Assembly (NCBI RefSeq): GCF_009914755.1
Contig: NC_060937.1
Origin: the human T2T-CHM13v2.0 reference genome, Homo sapiens
Strand: one strand, 5' to 3'
Length of the DNA stretch: 64,000 bases
A model generated the notes under the pieces. The model was not told the DNA's origin, made no database searches, and saw only the letters and a list, made by a program, of their open reading frames with translations. Of the stretch, positions 24,261 through 40,624 are shown piece by piece. How positions within the stretch are numbered: the first letter of the stretch is position 1; the number at the start of each line of letters is the position of its first letter. Made by a program: the position numbers and the translations under genes.

Positions 24261-26599
24261 TAGTGATAAATGTTTGAACATGCCTCCAGTGTTCCTCTGG
24301 CAGGAAATGACAATGTGGTATGTGTTATTACTAGACTCGATGTTGCTAATTTTATCTGGTTATTAATTCTCACTTGTCTTAAAGTTGAAATGCACACATA
24401 CACCTTCATCCACCCCAATCAATATTACATGAGCTGAAGATTTTTGCTGATAGCATTCTCTAGTGAGCAAGATGTGATGAAGAATGTGCTTCAAACAGAG
24501 AGGACAAAATAGGTCAGTAAGTGTCTTTGTGTATTACAGGTATAATACTTTGAAAATCACTGATTTGTACTCCTTTATTGATAGGGGGACTTCTCCTGAC
24601 ACAAGAGTGAGTCCCAGAGAATAAGGGTCCCAGAGATTGAATTCCATATGAAGAAGGGAGGGAGTATGAGATTGAGGAAATGCAAGGAGAAACAAGAGTG
24701 CCCCATTTTCCTGGCCGGGAAGGTGATGGAAGAAATAAAAAAGAAAGTGCTAAGGTAGAAAAGTCAGTGTGCATCCTATCTCTCCTTTCATGGATAGAAC
24801 CCCAGTGGGGTTGGGAGTGGGAGAGTTTTAGCTAGAGGTAGGGCAAAACCCCAAGGACATTCCAGGAGAAGTACTGTAGCTGGAAAGCTGTTTCTCCCAG
24901 GAGAAGCTGGGGTCAGTTGGCATCCAGCATGATGTGTGGTTGGCCGAAAGAGGAGGCAAAACAAACAGGACTGAGGCAGGCTCCTGGTCCCACAGCCTGT
25001 GTGTGGTGTGCAGGGGATTTTTAAAGTCCCTGCAGAAAATGATGAAGGAGTCAAAACTCCTAGGCTTGAGACCAAGGCTGCAGTTTGCAAATTCTTCAGG
25101 GATGAGGCAGGTGGCTGAGACCAAGGATTTTGGAAAGAAGTGCCATCACGATGCCTGGATGGCTGTGGAGTTAGGCACACTGCAGTGCTGTGGGCTCAAG
25201 GCAGGGGGGCAGCTCACCTAGAGCACAGGGGAGATTGCAGAATGCTATGCATTTGTAGGGCCCTGCTCTCTGGCACTCATGCCACAGCCAGACTGCAACA
25301 GGCTCACCTAAAAGGCCTGGAAGTTACCTTGGAGAAGAGCAAAAGATATAGAACACCCAGAATTTCCTTAAGGAAATATTTGAATTATTGGATCAGACTA
25401 AGTTTGACAAACTGAGAAACTGGATCAGCCCCAAGAAACAAGGAAGCTCCACTTGTCTTCATACATCTCACCCTAAAGTATACAGTTGTGAACCTTCTAC
25501 ATGGCTCAAAAATTGTACCAAAATATGCCCAGATTTCCAGGATAATTGGTGGCCCAATTCTTCTAAGTACTGTCAAGTATCAAAACACCTGTGTGGTGCT
25601 GAAGCCTACATCTTAGAGCTTGTTACGAAGGATCTGGTGTTTGTAGGAATAGATTAATGGAGTTTATAGAGCCTCAATGAGATGAGGAGGCCATTGTGAC
25701 ATCACATTATCAAAATTATTATGGGATATCATGTTAGCAGAAAAGAGATACGGGAGAAAGAAATGGGGGTAGAAAATCTTTAGTTGTTTACTAGAAAAGA
25801 AAAAAGCCATATGTGTTCACTGTGATGACACAGAGGTGTTGGGGGGAAAAAATAAAATAAGACAAGAAGCCAAATTCACGAATGTTTAGAAACAAGTGGA
25901 AGCTGCGCACATCTCTGATCATTCTGTTGACGCCAGCTTTACAAAATGGAGGCCCACTTTAAAAATAAGTGTACTGAAGGGTTAGGCGAAGGACATGTTT
26001 TGTTTTTTTTGTCCTGAAATCTGCAGTCACTGAGATTGGTATTAATGACATCACTATTATGAATGCTGCGATTTCATCTAGTATCTATTCAGTTAACTGC
26101 GAACTTGAGGTCTGAACAAGTCCTCTCTTCCTGCTCCTCCCTGCTAAATACAACTTTAAACTCTGGAAATAACCTAAGAGACAACCAAAGGAGGGTACCA
26201 AAAAAAGGAAGAGGAAGGTGGGGACTGATGAGGGATCCATACGGGTGAGGGACAACGCAGAGCCAGTGTCCTGTGTCTTATCCAGGCATCTAACCTAACA
26301 AGAAAGAGAACCCCAGGCCTGGCAGAAGGCAGCCCAGATAGGCCCATTTCTCCTTGGATCCAATGGGAATCCTACTGAAAACACCAGGTGGGCTGGAGCA
26401 CCAGCTATCAAGGATTGAACAAGAGTTATGCCAAGGGCCGACACCTAGGGCCAGGGCCAGGGCAGTGATCCTGTTTCTGCAGGTGTGAAGGGACTCTCTT
26501 CTTCCATCTGGGGACAACTGGGTTCAGTGGGGAGGCCAAGTGCCCTGCCAGGGAGTCCTTTTCACACTGACCACAAAACCAATATCCATTAAAAATGGG

Positions 26600-27600
<1,001 letters not shown>

Positions 27601-28095
27601 TTATTTCTGGACTTTCTTATTCTGTTCCATTGATCTCTTTAACAATTCTTGTACCACTTTTAATCATTATAGCTTTATAATATGTTTTAATATTTAGTAA
27701 ATCTAGTTCTGTGTAAATGTCTCTGAATAGGAAGCTTATTTTATTAATGTTATGTACAAGTCTGCATCCATTACAAATATTGGATTTTCAGATACTCATC
27801 TAAAATTATTTCTTCTGTGTTGTTCAGTGAAAACAAGCAAGGTGCAGGACACTTTGAGCAGTTGTGCAAAAGCAGGTATAAAATGTATATACATTTTTAG
27901 AATGAATAGACTATCCTTGAGATGGTTTGTAAAAAAAAAAATCATAACATTTATTTCCTCTGGAGAGGAGAACTGGCAACTGGGAGATAAGGACAGGACA
28001 GAGAGTGTCATTGTAAAAAGTTTTGTTCTCATTGATTTATGAAACATGTAAATATATTATTGTTTACTCAAAAATAAGTAAATATAAATTTTAAA
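27601..28095. mobile_element. Old L1ME fragments (minus ORF2 piece 27601-27710; plus 3' end about 27880-28095)
   Basis: attctgttccattgatc...attatagctttataat; cctctggagaggagaactgg...catgtaaatatatta. Confidence 0.55.
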
Positions 28096-28576
28096 ATATG
28101 ATCATAGTCTCTACATTTTAATCCTCAGAGATGCCTTTTAAGTTTTTCTGTTAGAAACTTTTAATTCTATTACGCATATATAGGCATTACTTTGCTCTTT
28201 AATATTTTTTCAGGGAAAATGACATAAAAATTTAAAAAACCCAGGCAATAACTTTCTACATTATCAGGTTTTATTATGCTAAATTAAATTTACTAAATGC
28301 TATTAATTAAATTTTAGTAAATGCTTTTAGAGTATGTGTTCTTTTAATTGATAAGATGGTACTATTCTCATGATGCATTATGTGGAGTCTATAAAGGAAA
28401 GTTAATATCACAATGCCTAGAAAAGTTAAAGTTTCTGCCTCATGGGGAAATATGGCTGGTCTTTATTCCAGACTATTTTCAAATAGCCTGCTCAGCCCTC
28501 CAAAGCTATGTTGTCTTCTCTGACCTGTTTCTTAATTTATATGTAACTTTTAAATCTGCAAAAGGATATTTCAATT

Positions 28577-28699
28577 TATTTTTATTTTATTATTATTTTT
28601 TGAGACAGAGCCTCACTGTGTTGCCCAGGCTGGTCTGGGATCCTCCCGCCTCAGCCTCCTAAGTAGCCAGGATTAGAGGCTTGCACCACCCTGCCCAGC
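28577..28699 (-). mobile_element. Alu monomer (FLAM/FAM-like) with internal deletion
   Basis: gagacagagcctcactgtgttgcccaggctggtc...gatcctcccgcctcagcctcc...cccagc. Confidence 0.8.
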
Positions 28700-28839
28700 A
28701 ATTTTAGTAGTTTGGACTTCCTGTGTCTTCCTTTCTGCTTCCCTATGTCCATTATTCATCTCTAGTCGCTCATCTTCCATGCACATCCAATTCCTCATGC
28801 TCCTTGACTGTCTCACACCTCCATGCAAGCATAGACCCA

Positions 28840-29670
28840 GGTTGGCAAGGTCCTCTTTAAGAAACAGAGTATAAACTTAGAAATATATCATTAATACCAA
28901 AGTAAATATTTGTTTAGAGAGACAGAAACAACATAACAAATTATACATTTTAAAAAGCTTTCAAAGGCTATAAACATAAAATCCAGAAAAGTAAGATTTC
29001 TTTATGTCCTAACACAACTTCATAACATTTTTTCTCCTGTTTTTTTAGGGGTTCGGGGGGCTACTTGTATTTTGCCTTGACATGTAACAAAAATTTCGTA
29101 AAAGTATGTTCTGTAGGGAAAATAGAAAAAAAATAATTCAGCCTTTTTTCCAGCATTGTTGGTTAAAATAATTTGGAAAAGTTACTTTTAGCTTCACAAC
29201 GCATCTCTGGTTACACGTAGATTATTAGGATTGTTGTCAAATGCGGATAATCCTCTACTGAGTCTCTTTCATAGATGAGCTGTAAGAGTTCAAGTCATTT
29301 CAAGCATTCTCGGTCCATGACTAAACTTACATAGTCTTTGAACTGACAACATCCATTCACTCATGGAAGTGGTGTATTTTGAGTTTTCACTATATTTGTG
29401 AAAGTCAGGGAGAAACTCACATCTTTTCCCAATGTGTTCATGCAATTTACTCTCTTTAGTCATTGGTACAGTCCAAAAAGTTATTTATTATTTCTTTTTG
29501 CAGTTTGTTTCTTCCTCTAAATGAGTTACAACTTTTGTATGATCTGAATTTTTAGTATTGCCACTGCTACAATTTGCTTCTTGATGTCAGAATAATATGT
29601 GTTGATTTCATTGCCACTTTTGTTTGTATTTCATTAATTGAAATTTCTCTTCATCCTTTAACTATAAATT
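28840..29670. mobile_element. Probable hAT DNA transposon relic (Blackjack/MER53-like)
   Basis: AT-rich sequence with remembered motifs ctctttaagaaa..., gcttcacaac..., aggattgttgtcaaa, gagctgtaaga; family call tentative. Confidence 0.4.
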
Positions 29671-29699
29671 TTAAGATGACAAAAAGAGGTAACAGAATG

Positions 29700-30650
29700 A
29701 TCTTTAAAAAAGATCACCCACGTTCCCCACCGCTCCCCGGCCCTGGCTCAAGATTCTTTAATGGCTTCCTGTTTTAATCAATATTGAATTGGAACCACAT
29801 GGCCCTGTACTACCTGGCCTATGTTGACTCTCAGCCCTTACCTCCCACCATAACTTCCTTTTGTTCCTCAGGCTTCACCCCCTCTGAACTTCCTTTCTGT
29901 TCGGGGATACACTGAGCTTGCTCTACCTCAAGGCCCTTACACCTGCTGCTCCCTATTCCTGGGATACTTTTTGTTCAGATGTTTGCACTGAGGACTCTGT
30001 CTCATCATTTTTTTTTTCTTTACTTGTTTAGAGACAGGGTCTCACTCCACGTAATGTTATCAGCCTGTCAACCAGGCTGAAGTGCAGTGATGTGATCATG
30101 GTTTCCCACAACATTGAACTCCTAGGCTCAAGCAGTCTTCCTGTCTCAGCCTCCCAAGTAACTGGGACTACAGGTGTATGCCACCATGCCCAGATAATTA
30201 AAAAAAATTGTATAGAGATGGAATTTAGCTATATGCCACACAAGTTGGTCTGGCACTCCTGGCCTCAAGTGATCCTTCCACCTCAGCCTCTCAGAGTGTT
30301 GGGATTACAGGTGTGAGGTGCTGAGACCAGCTTCTTCTCACCTTTATGTACCTGTTGCATGAAACTTCCCTAATCACTCTTCCCTAATCACTCTTCCACC
30401 CCTTCCAATCGTGATTTCACTAATTATTTTATCATAAACTCTTAGCAGCACTGATGAAAGGATTTTTAAACTCCTCTTTGTATTTGATCATTTGATTATG
30501 TGTTTGTTGGGCTGTTTATTGTCTGTTTGTCCTGACTGGACAGCCATTTTTTTGATGACAGGGATCCCATTCACTCACTGTTTCTCCTCAGGGCCATGAG
30601 CAGTGCCCAGGGCAGGACATGCAGCCCGTGAGAAGTGTTGGCACGGTGTG
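29700..30650 (+). mobile_element. L2 3' region interrupted by AluJ
   Basis: aatggcttcc..., ctacctcaaggcccttacacctgctgctccct..., ttcactcactgtttctcc...cagtgccc. Confidence 0.7.
30008..30332 (-). mobile_element. AluJ
   Basis: gagacagggtctcactc, gatcatgg, gaactcctaggctcaagc diagnostics; diverged; about 18 bp insertion near the 3' end. Confidence 0.9.
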
Positions 30651-30994
30651 TATGTTATGAAAGGGTTCTTTGGCCCAAGAAAGCTTAGGCAATGCTTCAC
30701 ACAGCCCCCTTTTGTAGACTTACATTTCATCTGAGTATTTTGAAGCTTCTGAGACTTTTCTGCGATAAATCTATTTCATTTTGTTTACGCCAGAGTTTGA
30801 CAAATGTATTTAACCACAGAAGCTTCTTGTTTTATTACCCTATTACCAACTACCATTTTGGAAATAGTCACACAAAGCCTTAAAATAATTTCTAACACCA
30901 GAGGAACTCTACACAATTCCATAAAACTACTTAGGTAAGGATTTAGGGTAAACAGACATTGAAAAATAATGCCTTCATAGCTCTAGTCTGGTCA

Positions 30995-31420
30995 TCCATT
31001 CATTCACTCATTGAATAAGCATGTCTTGGACATCTGCCCTGTACCAGACATGACATCATGTCTCAGAGATATAGTGATTGGTACAATCCCTGTATCTCTG
31101 AGCCTCAGCATCTATGATATGGTGTGAGAAACACCACACTCTATGGGAGAGCATGTTGGAGCAGCACTGAGCCCAGTCTCGGGCTCTGGGAAGGCTTCCT
31201 GGTGAGGTGTCCTCTAAGCCAAGACCTGAAGGATTCATAGACATTTGCCAAATGAAGAGCCAAGGAAGACCACCACAGACATGGAGAGCAGCCTGCGTCC
31301 CAAGCTGGCAGCGTGAAGCAGCATGGGCATTGGAGGGACTGGGGGAGCCCGGTGTGGTGGGGCAGACTGCGAGAAACAGGTGCTGAGCTACGAGGACAGA
31401 GCAGTAAGCAGTGGCCAGGT
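30995..31420 (-). mobile_element. L2 3' region
   Basis: catccattcattcactcattg tail; ggaaggcttcctggtgaggtg...agacctgaagga. Confidence 0.7.
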
Positions 31421-32594
31421 CACACAGAAGCGACCTGAAACTGCTAACTTATTTATCTGTCCTACTAACCTGAATGTAGATTCATTTAAGTGGCTTTGTA
31501 TTGTTGACTGTATTTCTCTGGCTTACTTTGTCACCTGGTGCCGAGTGAACATTTGGTAAAGTTTTATGAAATAGAGGAAGTAAAACAAGTTGAAGACTGG
31601 AGGAGTCTTTCAGTAACATTGCCAGTGGGGGGAAAAGCTGCTCTTGGGGGTACTGTGATCAACTGCTGCTTCATTTACTACTCATTTGCAAGCAACCTTC
31701 TAGGAGTAGCAGGAAAACACACCACAGACATGATAGCAATCACAGGCCTTTCTGATGGAGCAACTGGCCCGAGTAGCTGTCTCAGGAAAAGGGAGCAGCC
31801 GTTTCTGACACCGTTGGGAATATCTTTCTAGCCTTTGAGTAATTCTAAGTGTCAGGATCATTTAACTTTTCAGAGTGTGCAGTGTAAAACAAGTGGTAAA
31901 TTGGGGTGGGGGGAGGAGTCCAAAAGAGAAAAATAGTCGATGTTGCAGACTTGTTTCCACTATTCAGTGGCCAATAAATGATGTCTAGACTCTGTCCCTC
32001 ATTCCCATCTGGAGAGTTCTGCTGTTCTTACATAATAAACGAATCAAAAGAAAAACAGTCATGGGTGGGAGAAACAGCAGGGTCTTCGCATGTTGTTTCC
32101 CTTATGATTTCTTTGCCAACAGGAAGGCAACTATTCTAACTGAGCCAATGAACACTTTATGAAAACTGCTTTAATCCCAGACTTTCTTACCCTCCTGACT
32201 AGCCAAGTCATTTTTGGGTAGCTCAACACTTCTTATTTTGGCCCCGGCCCAGGGCTTTCTTATACCCTGAGAATTCATATGAAGACGATTATATACACTT
32301 TCTGGGACTACTTCTTTTTGTCAGAGTTTGAAACCAAAGAAATATTTAAACACTTTATTGTCTTTTTATGGTGATTCTGTCTGTGTAACTGATCAAACTT
32401 TTATAAGGGAAAGAAAAATACAGGTTTTGTTGAGTAAAGGGAGATGGTAAAGAGCTTGTTTCTTGTGAAACTGGTTCTGTGAATAAAGGAAATAAGGATG
32501 ACAGTTTTGAAAGAATCGTCTGAATTCCTCCCCAGCCTTGGAGAGTTTTTCACCTCTTTTTTTTTTTTTTTTTTCTAAAATTTAACTTTTCTTC

Positions 32595-32700
32595 TTGTTT
32601 TTAAGAATTGATACCTAAAACTGTACATATTCATGGGGCGCAGGTGATACTTTGATACGTGCATACAATGTGTACTGATTAAATCGGAGTAATTGAGATT
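32595..32700 (-). mobile_element. L1MA 3' end fragment
   Basis: tgtacatattcatggg...gtgatactttgatacgtgcatacaatgtgta. Confidence 0.75.
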
Positions 32701-33570
32701 TTGGTTAGACTTCTGTTCATATTTCATAGTTTTCTTTGTTGCTCAATTCTTGCCTTAAACAAGCACAAGTGTCTTTGCTTCCTGAATTCTTCACAGGAGA
32801 AAGGGATTGTCAAATGGTGAAGGCAAGGGGCCGGGGCAGGAACCTGGTTTTCCAGACTGGTCAGGAATGGAGGCTCCTGGAATTTTCCATAGTGTTTTAT
32901 GATTCCCCCAGTCCCCTTCTTCTGCATCTTTGGCCTGTTGAAAAAAGGGAAGCAGTTGGAGGTTTTGAGAATTGTTTTTGAGCAGGCATGACAGGCTGTG
33001 GTGTGGAACCGTGCACCTATGTTTGACCTCGGACCCTTGAAAATGCAGCTAGAGTGCTGGATCTACAAGCTCAGGCACTGTGTTGAGGACTTAACTCTGT
33101 CAAATGACTACCTCTCCTTACACGCCTACAACTCCGGTTATTGGCCTATGTTTTCATCTTGCTGCTGTGTTTCTGGGCATGTGATAGAATTCAATGTGCC
33201 ATGACAAAGGAAACATAAAGCGCACACTCACTTTTCTCTAAGCCACACAGCTGTTGCGCTCACTCTTCCATTACATAAAATCTTGTTTCTCATTCATGCG
33301 TCTTAAATTGGTTTGTTTCAGGCTGGTGTTTCTCCAGCAAATCTAGAACAAGAAAGCAGATGCTAGATTCACATCATTTTCTGAACACTAGGTTTTTATG
33401 TGACACTATTGGTTACCTAACATCTATAAGTTTAGATGCTTGAGGTCAGCATGTAACACTCTTATAGGAATGTTATATGATCCATTCATGTCTAAAATTT
33501 TACTGTTTTAATAACATCAAGGACTACAATAATACTAAATTACACTGTGAGCTCAAGATCAATGAGTATC

Positions 33571-33926
33571 TGTAGTAGTCTGTTCTCATGTGGCTAATGA
33601 AGACATACCTGAGACTGGGTAATTTATGAAGGAAAGAGGTTTAACGGACTCACAGTTCCACATGGCTGGGGAGGCCTCACAATCATGGTGAAAAGTGAAG
33701 GAAGAGCAAAGGCATGTCTTACATAGCGGCAGGCAAGAGAGGTTGTGCAGGGGAACTCTCATGTATAAAACCGTCAGATCTCATGAGACTTATTCACTAT
33801 CATGAGAACAGTATGGGGCAAACTGCCCCCGTGATTCAGTTATCTCCACCTGGCCCTGCCCTTGGTACATGGGGATTATTTCAATTCAAGGTGAGATTTG
33901 GGTGGGGACACAGCCAAATGATATCA
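33571..33926 (-). mobile_element. THE1 (B/C-like) solo LTR inserted into an L2 3' end
   Basis: Full THE1 LTR motifs; perfect 5 bp TSD GTATC (33566-33570 / 33927-33931). Confidence 0.92.
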
Positions 33927-34004
33927 GTATCTCGTTCATTACTGTATTCCTAATATTTAGAATGAAACCTTGTATTAGATGAGACTCAATGAAAAGTTGT
34001 TGCT

Positions 34005-34480
34005 GCTGTTTAGTCTGGGACTTAGGTTCCCACAGAATTAGATCCTAAGACAAAGATTTAAATGCTTTTTTGGAGGGTTCAGGGTCATTATAAGAGGAGT
34101 GAGGAAGTGATATAAAAGAAGAGAAGGAAGCCAATAGAATGTGCACTATTCAGTCTACTTCTGCAGTAGCGTCATGTGGGAGTGTAATCACACAGAGAAA
34201 CTCTGGGGCATATTGCAGAACACATGTCTCAGAATTTTCCCACCCAAGAAACAATGGCGCTGCTCTATTTAAACACCGACTTCTGAAAATGAATTAAAGG
34301 CTGCTCCCAGGGGTGTTCATTCTATCATTTCCAGCCTGCCTTTCTGTGACCAGAGTGGCCTTTCTTGGCTCAGGAACTGAGTGCCCTCTGGCACAGAGAT
34401 GCAGAGCCAGGCAGAAAGATGCCCAGCAGCCAGCCGCAATGGCAGTCAAAGGCTGTGCCAGGAATGTGGGCAGAGCACTG
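34005..34480 (-). mobile_element. ERVL LTR16-like relic
   Basis: gatcctaagacaaagattt...gaagtga...gaaggaagccaata. Confidence 0.55.
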
Positions 34481-34599
34481 ACTGTGTCTGCTCAAGGTAA
34501 TTTTGAAGTGAAAGTAGTTGCCAATTATTCTAATTCCTCTGCATATTGCTTTAAGTGTACCAATGACATTTTTATCACAGTCATTTGAGTAATACAAAA

Positions 34600-35720
34600 T
34601 GGCTGTTTAGTTGTCCCAGCACCACTAGTTGAAGAGACTATTTTTTCCCCTTTGACTGGTCTTGGCACCCTCATCAAAAATCAATTAGTCATAGAGGTAT
34701 GGGTTGATTTCTGGACTTTGAAATTCATCCCTTTGGTCTGTTTGTCTATCCTTTAGCCAATACTATACTCTTGTAACACTGTAGCTTTGTAGCAAGTTTT
34801 TAAATTGGAAAGCATGAGTCTTCCAATGTTGTTCTTTCTCAAGATTGTTTTGGCTATTTGAGACTCCTTATAATTCCATGTGAATTTGAAAAACTGATTT
34901 CCCATTTCTGCAAAAAAAGAAAAAAAACCTGCTGGGATTTTGATAGGGATTGCATTAAATTTTTACTAGAGTTTGTTTTGGGCAGTATAGGGATTGCTGT
35001 CCTAATGATATTAACTCTTCTAATCCATAAACATGGGATTTTTTTTTACCATTTATTTAGAGCTCCTTTAATTTTTTTCAGTAATGTTTTATAGTTTTCA
35101 ATGTACGAATCTTTCACCTACTTGGTTAAATGTATTCCTAGGCATTCTATTTTTTAATGAAAATATAAGTAGAATTATTTTCATAATATCCTTTCTGGGT
35201 TGTTAATTACCGGTTTATAAAGACAGTGGTGTTTTATGTGGTGATCTGATACCCTCAAGTTTCCTAAATTGTTTATTAGCTTCAGTTTTTGTGTGGAATT
35301 TTTGAGATTTTCTATATATAGGATCATGCCATCCATGAATAAAGATAATTTTACATCTTTCCTTTCAATTTGAATACCTTTTTTCTTGCCAAATGGCTCT
35401 GGCTAGAACTTCCAGTAAAACGGAATAGCAATGCTGAAAGCAGGGATCTTTTTCTTATTCCTGATTTTAGAGGGGAAGCTGTCAGTCTTCAACATTGAGT
35501 ATGATATGAGCTGTGCATTTGTCACAAGTGCTTCTTACCATGTTGAGGAAGTTCCCTTCTATTATTGTGTGTCTTTATCATGAAAGAATGCTTTATTTTG
35601 TGAAATACTTTTTGTGTGTGTTTCTCCGAATGAGATAATCATGCAATTTCTCCCCTTCATGCTTTTAATATAATTTATTACATTGATTGATTTTCTTATG
35701 TTGAAACACCCCTACATTCC
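34600..35720 (-). mobile_element. L1MB-like, inverted 5' segment (ORF2)
   Basis: agttgtcccagcacc...aagattgttttggctatt...ttgaggaagttccc...acccctacattcc. Confidence 0.85.
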
Positions 35721-37040
<1,320 letters not shown>

Positions 37041-38329
37041 TATGGGTTACTGTCATTGGAAACTAATGTCTTAAATGTAGCTGAAGTTCTGGGAAAATTT
37101 GAGTTAGCCATTATTTTTTACACATAATTTTTGCATCTATTTTGGTTACTATTATTTTAAGAACAAAATAAATGTGTGTATTGGATGGCTTAACTAGCCA
37201 GGAATGCCATATGGAGTCCAGACTAAAGAAAAAGAAAAAATATATTCTAGATTAGTTCTTATGGCAAAGTACTTAGTCACATTTTAGAATAATATTTTCC
37301 CCCCTGTATGACGTTTGGAGAGGTGTTCTGACAATTTTTTTCTCCAATTAATGGTTGAGGCTGAGTATTTTGCAGGGTAAAGTATGGTCTTAGAAACGAA
37401 CCTTTGAGTCCGTCTTTGACTGGAAAATCAGAAGGCTGGGCTGCCATAGTCCTTTGGCCTAATTTGGGGCAAATGATGTTTTCTGAAGCTAAAAGATAGA
37501 AAGGAGGTTAAAAAAAAATGAATGGTTTTTCTGAGTATGTCATTTAAATTTTATTTAAACAATCATTAGGGTTTTACTAACCAGTACTACACTTCATTCA
37601 AGCACATTTACTTGCACCTCACCTGTTTTAACATTAGAGAATTTAGTTGGGAGTAGGGTGTTTAAGCGAATTCAGTTATAAGCAGGCTTGCCTATCCAAC
37701 TTAGTCTATGTTGTGACTAGCAGACAAAAGAGGGGGACAAATGTCCTCTCCAAGCCCTCCCGGAAAAAGTGATGCTTAACAAAGTCACTCTATTCATGAG
37801 GAAGCTGCCAACTTCACTTATTCATCAAAAGGTGATGCATAACTGTACAATGCATGTTTGCTGTGAAAGTAAAGGAATTTGATCTCCTTGGCTGAAACCT
37901 ACTAGAGGAACCAAGGAGAAAGATGTAATTACCAAACTAGTTGCAGTATACCACAGCGCTGTGTGCAACACCAAATTCCTGGATCTGTACACATGAGAGA
38001 CTGCATTCTGTGAAGCCATGATGATTTGAAAGGAATTCCCTGGGCTCATTCTATATAAGGGAGAATTGATGCTTTCTATGAATCATGCTCCAGTTATTGT
38101 ATTATGTTTATGGCTTTCAACTTGGCAGAAATGCTTTTAATAACTTTTTAATATTTTATCTTGGCATTATCAATTCCTGGCTCCCATTAGTTCGTTGTCT
38201 CCTGCTTTGTACAGGTTTGGCTGAGGTCGTGATTTTAGGTTGTTATTAATCCCCTTATTTGCTCTCATGGCTTAAGATTGATGGCCAAATAATATTGAAT
38301 TATTATGACCCATACTCAATTTATGTTTG

Positions 38330-39050
38330 AATTGGAGTTTTTATGTTTACATTTTTGTGTTTATGTATATTACATAAAAACATTAAAGGAGGTGTAGAAA
38401 ACACATAAATAAATAATGAGTGAAAAATTAGAATCAACCATTACTCAGAGATAACAGCATTAACTTTAAAATTTCCATTCCAGCCTTTTTCTACATATAT
38501 AATTATGCATTTCATATAATATATGTTACAAAATTACATTCATGCTGTATGTATAGTTGGTATCTCACTTTTAATTTAAAATATATTGTGACTGTTTTTG
38601 CATGCCATTAGTTCCTGTTTTATTAACTTTCTTACTTTTAATTTCTGTCTTTCTATATATATAAAATATATTTTGTTTGCTAGTATCTTCTGTAGTTATG
38701 TGCAAAGTCCATAATGTGCTATTTATAGTAATAGTTATCTTTCCACATTTCAAAATACTCTTAATTGATGACTGTTGTATCGTCAAAGTCAATAAATCAG
38801 AACATTTTTAGATTTTTAGTTCCTTCTGTAAAAGAAAACTAAACGAACACCCTTTCTCTTTGTTTTGATTGGATTGTTTAATCCATTCACATTTATTTTA
38901 ATGTTAACACAATTGTATTCATGCTTGCCTTTTGCTTTTTGTTTTCTGTAGATACCATGTCTTTTGTTCCTTTGTTCCTCCATTCTTCCTTTATATTTTT
39001 TACATTAAGCGAATGTTTGCTTTTTTGCTTTCTTTCTTTCTTTTACTTTT
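38330..39050 (-). mobile_element. Old L1M(E) fragments
   Basis: Degenerate L1ME 3'-like AT-rich sequence; tttgattggattgtttaatccattcacattta. Confidence 0.45.
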
Positions 39051-39066
39051 CATGTATTACCCCCTT

Positions 39067-39267
39067 CTTTTAAACTTACCTTTTAAGTTTGGAGGTAGAA
39101 GTGCAGGTTTCCTACATAGGTAAACTTATGTCACAGGGATTTGTGGTACAGATTATTTTGTCACCCAGGTATTAAGCCTAGTACCCATTAGTTATTCTTC
39201 CTGATCCTCTCCCTCCTCCCATCCTCCACCCTTCGACTGGCTCCAGCGTGTGTCGCTCCTCTCTATG
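39067..39267 (-). mobile_element. L1P (older L1PA/L1PB) 3' end fragment
   Basis: gtgcaggtttcctacataggtaaact...acagattattttgtcacccaggtattaagcctagtacccatt. Confidence 0.85.
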
Positions 39268-39527
39268 GATTTTTCTATGCTCTATTTTCTTCTATGATTT
39301 TAAGTAAAACATACTTTAATGGAATTATTTTATTTGTTATCTTCCTTACAAATAATTAATGGTATATGTTTTGTACCAACATTTATTACATTTTATTTAA
39401 TGCAATGGTATTCTGATTTCAAATGCTCAGCTACAGCATGAATATTAAAGTGTTGATACTATAGTACTCTAAAATCTGATTCTCTGTCAACTTAAGTGCA
39501 TTTCTTACTCCATTTTTGTTCACAGAA

Positions 39528-40365
39528 TTTTTTGTTAATAAACTTTTCAGTTTTTAGATCAGTTTTAGGTTTACAGAAAAATTGAGTGAAAAGTACAGAG
39601 TTCCCATATATTCTCTCCCTCCCCTCAACAGCTTTCCCCACTATCAAATTCTCTTAATATCCACCATTAGAGTGGTACATTTGTCATTACTGATGAACCT
39701 ACATTGACACCCAAAGTATATAGTGTACATTAGCATTCACTCTTGGTGCTGGAGTCTATGTGTTTTGACAAATGTCTAATGGCATGTTTATACCATTGCA
39801 GCATCATACAGAATAGTTTCTCTGCCCTGAACATCCACTGTGCCCTGCCTACCCATCTCTCCCTCTCCTTGACCTCTGGCAGCCACTAATAATTTTATTT
39901 TCTCCATAGATGTACCTTTTCCAGAATATCATAAAGTTGGAATCATAGTGTAGCCTTTTCACATTGGCTTCTTTTACTTAGTAATATGTACTTAAGTTTC
40001 TTCTATTTCTCTTCATGACTTGATAAGCTCATTTGTACTAAGTTTATTCATTCATCGGCTATTTTGATTGCTTCCAAACCAATGTGACAATTATGAATAA
40101 AGCTGCCATAGACATCCATATGCAGGGTTTTATGTGGACATACATTTTCAATTATGGGTAGGTACCAAGGAGCAGAAATGCCGAGTTATATGGTAAGAGT
40201 ATGTTTACTTTTGTAAGAAACTGCCAAATTGTCTTCAAAAGAGGCGGTACCATTTCACATTCCTACCAGTGATGAATAGAGTTTCTGTTGCTCCTCATCC
40301 TCACCAGCATGTGGTGTTGTCAGTGTTCTGGATTTTGGCCATTCTAATAGATGTATAGTGGCATC
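39528..40365 (-). mobile_element. L1MC-like 3' end
   Basis: gttttaggtttacagaaaaattgagtgaaaagtacagagttcccatata...gtaagaaactgccaaa. Confidence 0.85.
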
Positions 40366-40624
40366 ATGAATGGATTACCGTAATCTCTGGAATCGGTTAG
40401 TTATTTTAGGACTTTGGCCCCCATTTCTTTTCTTGCTCTCAGTGTGCACTTCATCGCCATGTGATGCCTTCTGCCATGTTTTGCAGCAAGAAGCCCTCAC
40501 CAGATTCAGCCCCTCGATCTTGGACTTCCAAGGCTCCAGAACCATGAGCCAAATAAGGCTCCTTTCTTCATTAATTACCCAGTTTGTGGTATTCTGTTAA
40601 AGCAGCAGAAAACAGACTAGGACA
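40366..40624 (+). mobile_element. MST-family MaLR LTR, 3' part
   Basis: gccatgtgatgccttctgccatg...cttggacttcc...aattacccag...cagaaaacagactaggaca. Confidence 0.85.
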
